From Daphnia carinata (lineage: Eukaryota), in NCBI RefSeq assembly GCF_022539665.2, contig NC_081333.1, positions 2,914,001-2,978,000 of the forward strand: a stretch of 64,000 nucleotides of DNA, given 5' to 3'. Under the pieces are notes generated by a model. That model made no database searches. It worked only from the letters and a program-made list of their open reading frames with translations, and was not told where the DNA came from. A program made the translations under genes and the position numbers. This document shows positions 1-12,200 of this stretch, piece after piece; position 1 is the stretch's first letter, and each line of letters starts with the position of its first letter.

Positions 1-1162
1 TCCATGGCACTAACAGCAAAATCAGGTATGGCGAACATATCAATTTTGGGTAACGGGAAACTTATGTTGAAGTAATTTTCGAAGTATCTCAATACTCTAG
101 GGCCTAAGATTCGAGCGTATCTGCAACAGAGATTAAATACTTGAGGCTCAATAATCTCTTAATTAATCCCCAATAATCTATACTCGGTTTGTTTCCCAGC
201 TGAAGGCCTAGTCCAAGTGCGAAACTTGGTGCGATCTTGGAGGTCGATTTCAGGCGAGTCAAGACCTTCAAATTCCGAAACGATGAAGGCCAAAATATAG
301 GTGGACATGGGCAAAGTTGTTTCATACTCGTCCCACACATAATCCGGTAAATCCTCACTAAAATGTGGTATTTAAAAAAAAAAATTCATTTTCAGGTAAT
401 TTTTCTATTTGTACTTTTGGTATGTTCGCTTCAAAGGCATGTTGGAGTGAGCTATCCGAAATTTTTGACGGCCAAGTGTTATTTGAAAAACAGCTTTCAT
501 TCCCGGTTCGTCGAAACAAGGGAATGCTCTCCTAGCATCTGTCGGAGAAAATTGCGTGGTAGCAATATACCTGGTAATTGTAATGAAATTAATCATTTGT
601 TATGGGATGACAGACGACTATAATTACTTATTGATCCCATTTTCAGTGTAGGACGCTCTGTAGAATCCGTTTAATTTGTCGTTCAATTGACTAACGAACC
701 GAATCGAAAGTTTGTAATATTTCCCCACTTGGAGCGTTTCGTTTTTGGTTCCAATAACCAACAGTTGCCGAGTCTTGTCTTCGATGTAAGACTGGATAGG
801 AACTCGTCTGGATTCGACCAGATCGTAAACCTGTTAAACGTTCGTAATCAACCGAAAATGTTTTTTATTGCAAAGCGAAATCACGAAATTACCTGAAGAC
901 CTTCGTCCTTGGCGATTCGAATTTCGGCCATGTGAAGCACAATCATCGTCGTTGGTTCCATGCATTCTAAAAGGATGTCTACTTGTCCATCGATAGTGAA
1001 ATTACCTTCTTCGATAAATGGCAATAGCCGCAGTTTGTAATGTCGTGGTAGTACCCAACGAGGTAATCGCCAATCCGTGTACTTGGGTATCGATCGTGGC
1101 TGTTTCGCTGTTCCTTGGATCACCATGAGGGTGAATATCAACATCACTAAACGAAACAACAT
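1..1162 (-). CDS. M1-family (aminopeptidase N-like) zinc aminopeptidase, 5' part; continues beyond the left edge
   Basis: Spliced by eye with GT-AG introns: exons 1162-893, 830-628, 570-415, 357-~185, 120-1. Hydrophobic N-terminus ([17 protein letters not shown]), then family motifs [55 protein letters not shown] and [25 protein letters not shown] lies outside the window. Confidence 0.93.
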
Positions 1163-1714
1163 GATGAACTACCCACGGCTGTTTTTGAAAAAAAAAAGGG
1201 GGGAAATCAGTGGGAACAGGACTATTTCACGGCTGATTCCTTCAAAACACGAGGACGTTGTGGCGCGAGACTTTCTCTGTCGGGTGTGAATGACAGACCC
1301 CACAATTGTTTATACGTACCTGACGGCATACTCTCTCTTTCTCTGGTTTTCTCTCACCTCTTTGGGGTCTCCTCATACCTTAGCTGGTGCCGTCTGGCCT
1401 AAGGCCATTTCCCCACCCACTTTCCCGTGCGCGGAACGTCACATAAGGAAGTGAAAGTGGACACGTTGCATCACGCAATTAAAACGAGGCAAACCATAGA
1501 AATATAATGCAACTTGTTTACTCGCTTACATAATTTGGTACATGTGCACGTAGAATACATAACGTGTGCAATCAGATTTCGGAGAATATCAACTTTGGAA
1601 TAGGTAAGCCAAAAAATGCAATTTTGCACTTTGCAGTGAGACAACAAGTAAAATGTAGAAAATACATCATAAAAATGTAAAATGGAAGAAAGCTTATTGG
1701 AATGTTTTCTCTAT

Positions 1715-3725
1715 TTAGATGATTCCAGTGTATTTGCGAGGTTGGCAAACTTCGTCCATGGCGCGGATAATGACCTCCTTTGGAATCGATGACTGGCACA
1801 TATTCACCAACACGAACAGGTGGCGATATGCATACTCATTCTCAAGGATAAATAAGATGGAATATGTAAATTTTGTGGCTCACACGAGTCGCTGTGGTCG
1901 TTAAAATCAAGCATTCAAGTTACCTTGGGCAGGTGGAAACAACGCTGAGAGAATGCATGGACAAGCTCTTCGTAGCAGGAAAAGTTGGTTAGCTTCAGTC
2001 GACCGTTAAGGATGAACTCTGTTTTAGCCTCATCTTCAGTGGCCTTCAAAACGATTTTCCTTAAGGTATCTTTCAAGTGTTGGCGTTTCTGTGGAAACAA
2101 GGAAATATCGTCTTTACTTAATCCGATTTACCTTTTTCACTTAACAGATAAAAGAAAAGCAAATAGAAAAGTGAAAAAAAAAAAGAAAAAAAATAATAAC
2201 CTTTTCAATTCTACGAAGTTTTCGTTGAATGTTTGCGGACTCTGGGCTGGAATTACTCCTCTGCAATTTGTGGCGCAAAATCGCTAACGGGACGTCACCG
2301 CTGGGAACAGCATCTAACAAAGGAGATACCCACGTCCGGCCATTGGAGGCCACTGGTGACTTGGCTTTACCTTGGAATTCGCCGACTTTCATTTTACCAA
2401 TTGATAAATCACCATACTCCTACAAGTAACATAGAGTACAAAGATGGCCGACGGTCTTCAATCCAATTCGCATGAAATTCTTACCTGAACGTGTGATGTG
2501 TTTGTTTCTTTTCGAACAATGGAAAATTGCCGAAAGAGCGTCTCTTTAGTTAAATCTTCCTTTTCCGAATCTTCCATCCACATAACGCTGTAAACATCGC
2601 CGAGGTAAGTGTCACGGTTCGAGTCAAAGTAACAGGCAAAGGAGTGTTCATGAGCATTGGCAGCTGTCGTGACAAAAACTTCATGCAAAAATAATTAGAT
2701 TTTAATTCATAAAGAATGTAAGAGAAATTATTATGACGAACTGTTTAGGTTATCGGAAAGCAAATCTTCAAACATGGACCCCGATTCACAAGCCTCAATG
2801 TACAAGACCAGTTTAGCGAACTGTTTTCTGTGGTACATATCCAGCAGTGTATCTAGAAACGTTCGCGCGTGTAACTCCCCGTTGGGGAACGCCAACAAAC
2901 CTGGTGCACCATGATCCACAAAGTTGATGAAAATGTGGTCAGATGGGCCACTAAACATTTAAATACAAGATGTATTTAAGTTCATACTTCTTTTCAAGTA
3001 AACAATACCTTAACAATACTCTTCCTGATCCTACACCTCTAAGACCTCTGATATCTCCAGAGATCACTTTGAGAAATGTTTCTGGTGTAACATCCTAGTA
3101 TTAAGATTTTATTGTACGTACTCAGAATAATAAAAGTGAAATCCAAACTGTAGCTCTACTTACTTTCCCAACATAATCTTTGCGTACTCCTTCATACACA
3201 TTTTCTCCATTTGGTTCATTGATAATTATACCTTTAGTAGGATTCCTAAAGCCATGAAAATAACACAATTTACATGCTATTTTTCTTTTACTCATAATTA
3301 GTTTTTCATTACTCTGTGCTATTCGCAATATCATCATACATAAGTGTAATGATATTATCAGCAGGAATTCCATGGCGACGTAAAACTTGGTAGGCATGGC
3401 AAATATCCGCCTATCAACATAAACTAAAATAGTACCAACAGTTTCAGATTAAAATGTCAAAGGAAAATGCATATACCTGATGTCTGTAGTTGTAATAGCC
3501 ATTAGAGCCAGCTACAAGTACTGCCCATTGTTTTGGTTGTGCAGTATTTGAATCATTAACTATTTTCTTATGGAAAACTGACTCAATACTTTTCACCGTT
3601 TCGTCAGCCCGTGACACAATTTTTTCCAGGAATTTGTGATTGCTTTTGCTCAGTGCTACCACTGAGAAAACTGACGAAGAAACCAAAACAAGGGCAAGGA
3701 ACGTGAAATAGACCCTACCGCGCAT
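1715..3725 (-). CDS. LGMN: Legumain / asparaginyl endopeptidase (peptidase C13), multi-exon
   Basis: Signal peptide, then [44 protein letters not shown], catalytic His (FVDHGAPG) and Cys (IEACESGS), [22 protein letters not shown] and a C-terminal prodomain (VLVNMC...DEVC). TAA at 1717-1715. Short GT-AG introns keep frame. Confidence 0.95.
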
Positions 3726-4205
3726 TTTGAACGGTGTGATGTCTAACTGTCGTTATTCAAATTCAACTGCTCAAATATCTTAGCTGAACTCAAAGAATGT
3801 TTCAACTGTCTTTTAAAATCTAACCGCTCCGAAACTTTAGACGACCAGAACCTCCCCCACAAAACAACACCTAACTCACATGTACATGTAAACACAAAAG
3901 ATGATGAAAGTCGAAAACAAGTCCAGAGGAAAACCACTGTTGCCTGCCCAGCTTTGGTAATCTTATCACAAATTACCATTACTAATTAGAGTAGCTCAGA
4001 GTTCAAAATTTCTTTCGAACCTTATTTTTATCGCTGAATCTATAATGCTTCATAGCTTTTAAAAAGAATTATTTTTTTTTTTGCGGATTGCGCAAAGTTT
4101 TTTTTGGCGACATTGTTACGCAGACGACGTGTGGATTTGTATTCTGATTTCATTTCTCCTGAACTTCAAAAATCTTAAACTGAAATAGATATTAAATACA
4201 GCGAA
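3726..4205. promoter_or_regulatory. Probable bidirectional promoter of legumain and CDK5RAP1
   Basis: Only 480 bp separate the divergent ATGs. Contains TGGCGACATTG (4105-4115) and GCAGACGAC (4120-4128), motifs echoed upstream of TMEM242 and URB1. Confidence 0.55.
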
Positions 4206-6657
4206 ATGCAAGCACTGTTAAGGAATATTTCCTGGAGTAAATTTAAACGTCTTGTGGATGTTACACATTTTAAGGAATTGAGAAGAATCTGCAATGGATC
4301 TCACCCATACGGGAAACACACCGACGTACCATTACGCCAGTATATTAAAAAAGGACCTGGACTTGAGTATTTCATTTATAACAGTACTAAAAACTCTGTA
4401 GAGAAACAAGATACAAAGATTTCGTTCGAGAAACATCCTTATCTTAACGAAGAATCACGTGATGGACTTGGTTTAAAAGGTAACTTATATTTGTTAATAT
4501 TGAAATTAGCTGCAAAACATTTAACCAAGATGTTAGTATTTGTTGAGGTCTACGGCTGTCAGATGAATGTGAATGACACTGAAATAGTTCATTCTGTACT
4601 TGCAAAACACAATTATGTCCAGGCAACTTCTTGTGACAATGCTGACATTATTTTTCTGATGACATGTGCCATCCGAGAGGGTGCTGAAAATAAAATATGG
4701 CATCGATTAGGGCAACTGAATGGCATGAAACAAGAAAGAAAAAAAAGAAAAGAAAGTTTAACTGTTGGAATAATAGGTAATGGGGGTCTTGATCTCTGAT
4801 GTTAAAACCATCTTCATGTGTTTTTAATATGTCAGGGTGTATGGCTGAGCGGTTAAAAGATAACTTACTGGAAAAGGGCAAAGTTGTAGATATAGTGGTC
4901 GGCCCAGATAGCTACAGATCGCTTCCATATTTGCTTAGCCATGTCTCATCACACCAAGTATGTTGTGTTGAAATCTAAGTTTTTGTTTCTATGTTAGTTT
5001 ATGACTTACTTATTCTCCAGGCTGCCATTGATGTAATTCTTTCTGCTGAAGAAACCTATGCAGACATCGTTCCAATTAGGTTAAATCCAAAGTCGCCATC
5101 TGCATACGTGTCAGTGTGTAGTTTTTTCATACTTCAAATTTTAGCTTATTACTAAATCACTAACGTTTGCATTTATTTAGCTCCGTGATGAGAGGATGTG
5201 ACAACATGTGTTCATACTGCATCGTACCATTTACGTAAGAATGATGTTGTGCAGCGCAAAAGGCTTAAATTTTCTGTGTTTTCTTAAGACGAAATATTCA
5301 TAAGCAATTTTCCTTAGACGAGGACGAGAGCGGTCGAGACCCATTGATTCTATCGTCGATGAAGTCCGTTGTTTATCAGATCAAGGAATCAAGGAAATAA
5401 CTTTACTTGGTTCGGTAGTTTTACTGCTTTCCAATGACGTTTTAGGTGACAGAAATTTTTACTTAGGTCAGAATGTCAACAGCTACAGAGATACCTCAGA
5501 ATCAAACCATTACGCTGAGCCGGAAAAAAACAGAGTAACAGTAAACGCGGATGGTTTCAAAACCATTTACAAAGCCAAAACTGGGGGTCGCCGTTTTGCT
5601 GATCTTTTGGACAGAGTCAGTCAAGTAGATCCTGAAATTCGTATACGGTTCACCTCACCCCATCCGAAGGTATCACTCAAACTTCCTATTCCTATTAAGC
5701 GTATTTATGCAAATATAATGGAACTTTACGGAATAGGATTTCCCAGACGAAGTCCTTCATCTCATCAACGAGCGGCCAAATATTTGCAAATCCTTGCACC
5801 TACCAGCACAATCGGGAAACAATCGAATACTTTCTTTGATGCGACGAAACTATACCCGTGAAGCATATTTCGCACTGGTGGAAAAAGTCCAGTCGATTTG
5901 CGGACACCAAGTTGCATTAAGCTCTGATTTTATATGCGGGTTTTGTGGTGAAACAGAGGAAGAATTTGAGGACACGCTAGATCTTGTTCAACGTGTTTCA
6001 TACAGCACTGCTTACATATTTCCCTACAGTACACGTGAGGTAGGGAAAGTGTTTATTGCGATGTAAGCACTACAAATATTATAGCAAGCATCTTCTCATC
6101 ATGCAGAAAACCCCAGCGCACCGTCGTTTCCAAGACGATGTCCCTCTCGATATTAAAAACGAAAGAGTCGCACGTTTAAACATCGCTTTTCGCCAAGGCG
6201 CAGATAGAATAAACAAACAACTCATTGGATCAACGCAGCTCGTGCTCGTTGAAGGAGTAAGTTGATGCTATCACCAATTTATTTTATTTTTAACGGGATT
6301 CACATTCTCCACATTCTACAGGATAGTAGAAGATCAAACCAACAATTAGCAGGTCGTTGTGACCGAAATATCAAAGTCATTTTCCCAAAAGAGTCCTTAG
6401 CAAGAGGCGATATAGTAGAGCAAGTCAAACCCGGAGACTATGTAGCGGTGAAAGTAAGTTATATTATACTAAAATATTATGGAGAAATCGATAAATGTGT
6501 ATATTTTTTTTATTAGATTCAAGACGCAACATCCCAAGTTCTCAAAGGAAAAGGAATGCATAAGACTACTCTATCTAGATTTGCAAATGATAATTTGAGC
6601 GACAAGTTGACCACAATGTCTACAGTGCCGCATACATTAATGTCAAATAATATGTAA
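4206..6657 (+). CDS. CDK5RAP1: Mitochondrial tRNA methylthiotransferase CDK5RAP1 (MiaB family radical SAM), about 11 exons
   Basis: [11 protein letters not shown] and TCAIREGAE (UPF0004 domain), GCMAERLK, radical-[18 protein letters not shown] (~5188-5234), [44 protein letters not shown], and a C-terminal TRAM-like [21 protein letters not shown] at 6655-6657. Confidence 0.95.
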
Positions 6658-7021
6658 TCTTCAAATAGTAAACAGCGGACTTCAAAGATTCCGAACCAGA
6701 TCAGACAGACGAAACCAGAGCAGCCGAAGACTTATGAATCTTGTTTCGTTCGAGTCGCTTTTGTTTTACCTTGTTATGATAAGTATTCGTACAGAATAAA
6801 ATAACCAAAATTTTTACCGGTACCAATTTAGTGGTTACAGCTATTTGAGAAGTAATGAATAATAATTAAAAATTGAGTATTCTGCAAAACATTTGTCAAA
6901 TTTTCGTATATTTGTAATCTGGTAACGCCGTGTGTAAGTTTGTGTAGTCTGCTACGATGTTTACATGGCTCTAAAAGCACATGATTAGAGCTTGGGCTTA
7001 TCGCGACTTTTTCTACTAGTC

Positions 7022-8812
7022 ATGGACAAAGATGAAACAAATCAGGGTCCTGTTATAAGTGGTGAAGCAAGCACATTATCCACAAAAGAAAAAGATGATA
7101 GAGCCTTCAAAGCCAAAGGTACATAGTCATAAGACAAGTCAGTGACAAGAGAAGGCAACACACAGTATGGTTTTCATAACTGGCTTGACATTGAGCTAGA
7201 AAAAAAAACTTAATATTAAATGTATGTATGTAATGTAATACAAATATCTTAAATAAAATTGCTGCTAGATGTAAAGCTGTGTTCGTCAAGTAACAGAAAT
7301 GTTTGTTTGTATTACTATGCCAGTCAATTTGTCTTTTCGCTGGCATTAATAACCGTAAACTTTAGTAAATGTCTCTGTGCTGTAATCTGTTTTGATCCAA
7401 TAGCTTTTCCACAAGCTATTTCAGACAGCACTTTTTTTTCATTTTTTCGGTTATTATGTATGTCAATACAAATTAGCTTTTTGCTTTCATCCCACTAAAT
7501 ACTAAATTATCAAGTATCCTACTTTCTTATTGCACCTAAAGTTTACCAGAGTTTAGTGGTTTGAAATTTTCGTCTTATTGTTGTTATTATTTATTTTAAA
7601 TAGCTGCTGCGTTTCTCGCCGGTGTGACTGGTGTCTCAATTTTGTTTGGGTTTGGAACGACTCTTGCTGCAGCCAAGAAAAAGGATCCTCATTTTTTCGA
7701 TCAAGGGCTGACCGGACGCTTCGAAAAACAGGGATCAGAACCAACCACAAGTGAAGCAGCTACAGCAATGAGGAGGCGTGGCCCCGTATCGATTAGATCT
7801 GCTGAACCGGGTGCATCTTTAGCTATTCGGGCACTTGGCTGGGGCACTCTCTATGCGGTGACCGGCTGTTCCGTCCTCTTTTACGGCATCTGGAAGCTTA
7901 TGGCCGTTAATGACGTAAGTATAAAGCCTTGCAATGCACTACTACAAAAACTAGGCCAACTTTGTGCAGGATAAGAGACTTCTTCTTTTCAAAGTTCATT
8001 TGTAAATCGGCTTAATGTTTTGCAACTTCACTCTTTTCCCGATGGATTACATTTGTCCGTGGCCAGGCTTTCTAAATTATCTATAGGCCAAGCCCAGGAC
8101 ACTGTAAGGGAAGCAAAAATTTCTCATCAATAGGATCGCGTCTTCTTTCTAAAGGAAAAAGACATCGGCACAAACTGTGGTTTATGTGTGACGAATCTAA
8201 TCTCAGTTATTTTAAACTTTATTCTACCTATCAATTCAAAGGATTCTTATTTGCTTCGGTAGTGCCTGAAAGCATGAGCATAATAGTTTTCAGAGTCCAA
8301 CAATGGGGAAAAACCGTTGATGGGAAAAAATCTCAAGTACAGAGTGACGTTTCTTATTCCACCGTATCTACTGTCGTTCACAATTTCCTTTTTTAAAGGC
8401 CTAAGAAAAGCTCATTGGAGCGCGTGAAAACCAGGATGCTGCGTTCGACTTTCTAGTTAGCCTCAGTCGTAACTGGATGGCGGATATTGTTATATCAAAT
8501 ACTATCTCACCGTTTTATTTCAAGCGATTCTATTTCTTAGTAGTTGTTACCATCTAGTATACAATCGTACACATTTATTCCGTTGCTCCCTCAATTCGGC
8601 AGTTTACCACTGCGTATGATCTAACTAGTGTACTCCATTTGCTTCAACAGTTGAAAGAGTTTCGACTGAAAGTTGGTGGCTGGTTGCCGGCCATTCCGCG
8701 GAACACGCCACAGGGTCGCACGGAATTCTCGGGCCTCAATGATTTGTTGCAGTACATTATCGACGTTGACAAGGAGAAGAAAGCAGCGGCCAAGAAAACT
8801 GATGCCAAATGA
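7022..8812 (+). CDS. TMEM242: Transmembrane protein 242 (mitochondrial ATP synthase c-ring assembly factor), 3 exons
   Basis: Exons 7022-7118, 7604-7914, 8651-8812 join in frame. FLAGVTGVSILFGFGTTLAAAKKKDP...SLAIRALGWGTLYAVTG...LKEFRLKVGGWLPAIPRN matches the TMEM242 pattern (TTLSLAKKK, LALRALGWG). Confidence 0.88.
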
Positions 8813-9250
8813 TAGTGTGTATGTGTATTCAACTATTTTTTTTTCCGCCATTCAGTTCAATGAATGTCATTGCTCTCAAAACGTAGACAAAAGAGAGAAA
8901 CATAAATTATTCCATAGCAATAAGAATATTTTATTTTTGTTTTATTTTCCTTCTAGGATTTAGAATCAAGTACAGTGAACTCATACAAACATCGAGATAG
9001 AATTTGCACTTAGTGACGCGCGTATTTTTGAAAGTCAAGGAAACCGTTAGAAGGGAAAAGAAACGCGGTAAACATTGAAAAGAGAGATAAGATTTAATGC
9101 CATAAATTTCCAAGATTTAAATTGTTATCTGCTTTTTTTTTTCATTGAGAAGAATCTTTGTACACATACGGGCACCGATGCAATAAGGATTAACAGTTAA
9201 GATGACTGCTTGTGGAACCTTGAAACAAAAAAGAACAAAGCAACAGAGGA

Positions 9251-12200
9251 TCATCGATCTTGAAGAGGGATCTGAAGAAGAAGGAAATTTAATCCGAAGA
9301 TGAGCACATTCAGTGGAATGGAAGATTTCAGCGCTGACTGCCTTTGAACCGCCGCTGGTCGATCACCTGATCAATTCGTTAAAAAGGAATTATACGTTAC
9401 ATTCTTATTGCAAAAATAATTGCCCTTTCCAGCCGCAATATTTTCCCTCTGGACCATAAACATCATCAGAAAAAAATTGCGTGGAAATGTTCAGACAATT
9501 CTTGTTTAAAGGAACATTTTTTAAAAATCGTGCGCCGGATGAACTTTGAATTTTAATTACAACCATTCCGTGCAGGTGAAGGAGGTGGTATAATTTCTGA
9601 TTACAATGAACGTGCGGACAATTATGACGAGATTGTCGTCTGTGCTTTATTGATAATTTGCGTTCAGCGAATGTTGACAACCTTGCGCAAAGTTAACTAT
9701 TTTGCGGCACACTTTCAGATCGATCCAACAACAACTTCAAACAAAGTCTGGATGACAGAGAATACCAAATTCCCATGGCACAATCGTTCGAAAACTGACA
9801 AAAAATTCTTTTCGTCAACATCATGGAAAAATCGAAGAAGTTTTTACACCAAACTGAGGAACTTTAAGCGGATTTTACGTCCCAAGCCGGAATAGGAAAA
9901 TCAAGCACAGTCTGACACCAACACGCCAGATATTCGACAAGTGAAACGTTCAATCCCCAACACGCGAACAAACAGTTTTAAAAGGAGGAAAAATGCAATG
10001 CAGATAGGAGAGAAAACAAAAGAAATCCAGTCAAAAATCCCTTTTTTTTTTCTTCATTTAAAACGCGAAGAGTCGGTGAGTAAGAAATGCCACAAACATG
10101 CGAGGAGATAAATCAAATTGAAGAGGACCCTGAGAACAGGAAAAAGAAACAGAAGGACAGTACGACGTTTTAATCGAACAGTGAACCGACGAACGAAAAC
10201 CGTCATGCACATGACATTTTTCAAAAAAAAGGGAAGAAACAAAGTAAGAGGGAATGAGATGTTTCTTTTGTTTTTCTCTTTTAGGGAAAGAGGGTGGCTT
10301 TTTAAAAGAGTTTTTGCAAAACAAGATCGAGTAGCTATTCTTTGCTAACACTATTTTGTGTCTCTCTTGTTCTTGTACTTTCACGTTCAAGTCTCTAAAG
10401 TCAATTTGTTTCACCACTTTTTCCATTTTCGTCGTCGGGTTACGCTTCACCCATTTGACAAACACTCTCCTTCAAGAGTCTTAAAGGAAAGTGCTTCCTT
10501 TTTTCTTGCGACCCAGACTATCCGTTTTCGGGCTAGGGATAAAACAGAAAAAATAATTTCATTTAAGTGGGTGGGATTGAACTGACAACTGCGTTTCATT
10601 CACAAGGCCGATCAATCAGAAATGTAGATCGGTTCAATGACGCACTTGGATTTCTTTTTTATCTCACGTCTCGGTGTTCATCTGTCCGTGTGTTTGCAAA
10701 TGCTCGATCAGAGTAACAAAAACATTTGCCGAGTATCTAGTAGCATTTGATTGTGCCGCTTTTAATCCTGTTTACTTTTCATTTCACATTCGGGCAGCAC
10801 TGTACGCCGTTTGCAATTCCACCGCGATCGTTATTTAAAGAACTAGCGGAATTCAACTACAAAAAATAAGGACCAATAGCGTAGCAGCAAAATTCTTTTA
10901 AACTAAAAACATTCCATAAATGACGGATAATAAAGCGCTGGAGCAAATATCGATTGCCAATTCACCTTGTGAGACGAAGACGTTGACTGAGACGGCCTTC
11001 CCTCTCCACGGTACGCAGGTATAATTGCCGGAATCAGCCGGATCTGCACGCTGGATCACCAGGCGGCTGGTCCATGCCATCCAGTCTCTTTTGCTAGCGT
11101 CCGATTCGGATACGCCTTCCAAGAAAACAGACACCAATCCTAATCCGGCGGATGATTTGCTGCCGTGAATCAACGGCCGGCCATTATGGAACCAAACGAA
11201 CGGTAGGCCGCCTCCTCCCACCTGTTTTATTGAAATTGCTGGACTTGAATCGATCAAAAGGAAAGGTAATGATGAATTATACCGTGGGTAAAGTCAGCTG
11301 AGGAAATTTGGTCTGCTGTTCTTCGACGCCAGTGTTGACGTCTGTATCGTTCCCATTGCTGTGATTCTTCGATTCCGGGTGAAGTTTGCAGTGCAGCTGG
11401 ATGTTACTCTCAGCTTCAACGTGATGTTCGCTACCCTCGACTACGGAAGCCACAGGCGTCCAAACCAAAAGTTCGATAAAATGCGAAACTTGTCCCTGTC
11501 CACCTGCAATCTATCTCGGGAAAAAGAAAAATCCATTTGTTATTAGCATTCCTGAGGGCGTGTCCGTGCAACGTGGGGTTACTCAAGAAACGATGAGAAC
11601 CGACGCAATACGTCCTGTTCGTGACCAAACCAATATCAAGTTGAATTGGTGTTTACTTAGCAGGTAACTAAACAAGTAGAGGACTCTTGTGTTCAGACTG
11701 TCTGACTTTTTCTTTCATTAGACTTCTATGGATTTTTCTGGGTCTCAAACCATTCGCCCGTATCGTCACGTAGTCCATGCATTTGTCGAATCCTCACGTA
11801 ATCTACACACATGTCAAACAGTACTCGTTTCCATGACTCAAAAAGTCGTGCATTTCCTTCTTCCTTTGCCTATTATTATTCTAAGACGATTCACCAGTGA
11901 TAAACTTGTTTGGCCTATCTTGGTTAACTTGAGTACACATGTCTTTTGCGTTCAGCATAAAAAAATCTGAACATAGGGAACATGGTAATCTCTTTGCCTC
12001 ACGAATCATTGATTTTCTTTTACCTGGCATTCATAAGTGCCCGAGTCGTGAAGTTGAGGTGATTTGAGCATCAAAATCCAGTCAGGCGAACCGGGCCGGT
12101 TGAGGACGCTGAAACGGCTGTCGGCTGTGTAGACGTGACTGCCGGACGACATGATGTGCCAGTCTCTCCGTCTAATCCACGAAACCTGTCAAAATTGGAT

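Noticed and set aside
7317..7431. Two hairpins (atgccag/ctggcat; gtgctg..aatagctt/aagctatt..cagcac) in the relatively long TMEM242 intron 1, suggesting an H/ACA snoRNA or miRNA
   Set aside because: No clean ANANNA H box or terminal ACA, and the stem is short and asymmetric. An Infernal/Rfam search would be needed.
10778..10856. Acceptor-like ttttttgtag downstream of Dpr-A exon 5 as the last exon
   Set aside because: Gives a stop after 4 codons. The exon at 9366-9251 is conserved in both paralogs and encodes the expected GPI-type tail.
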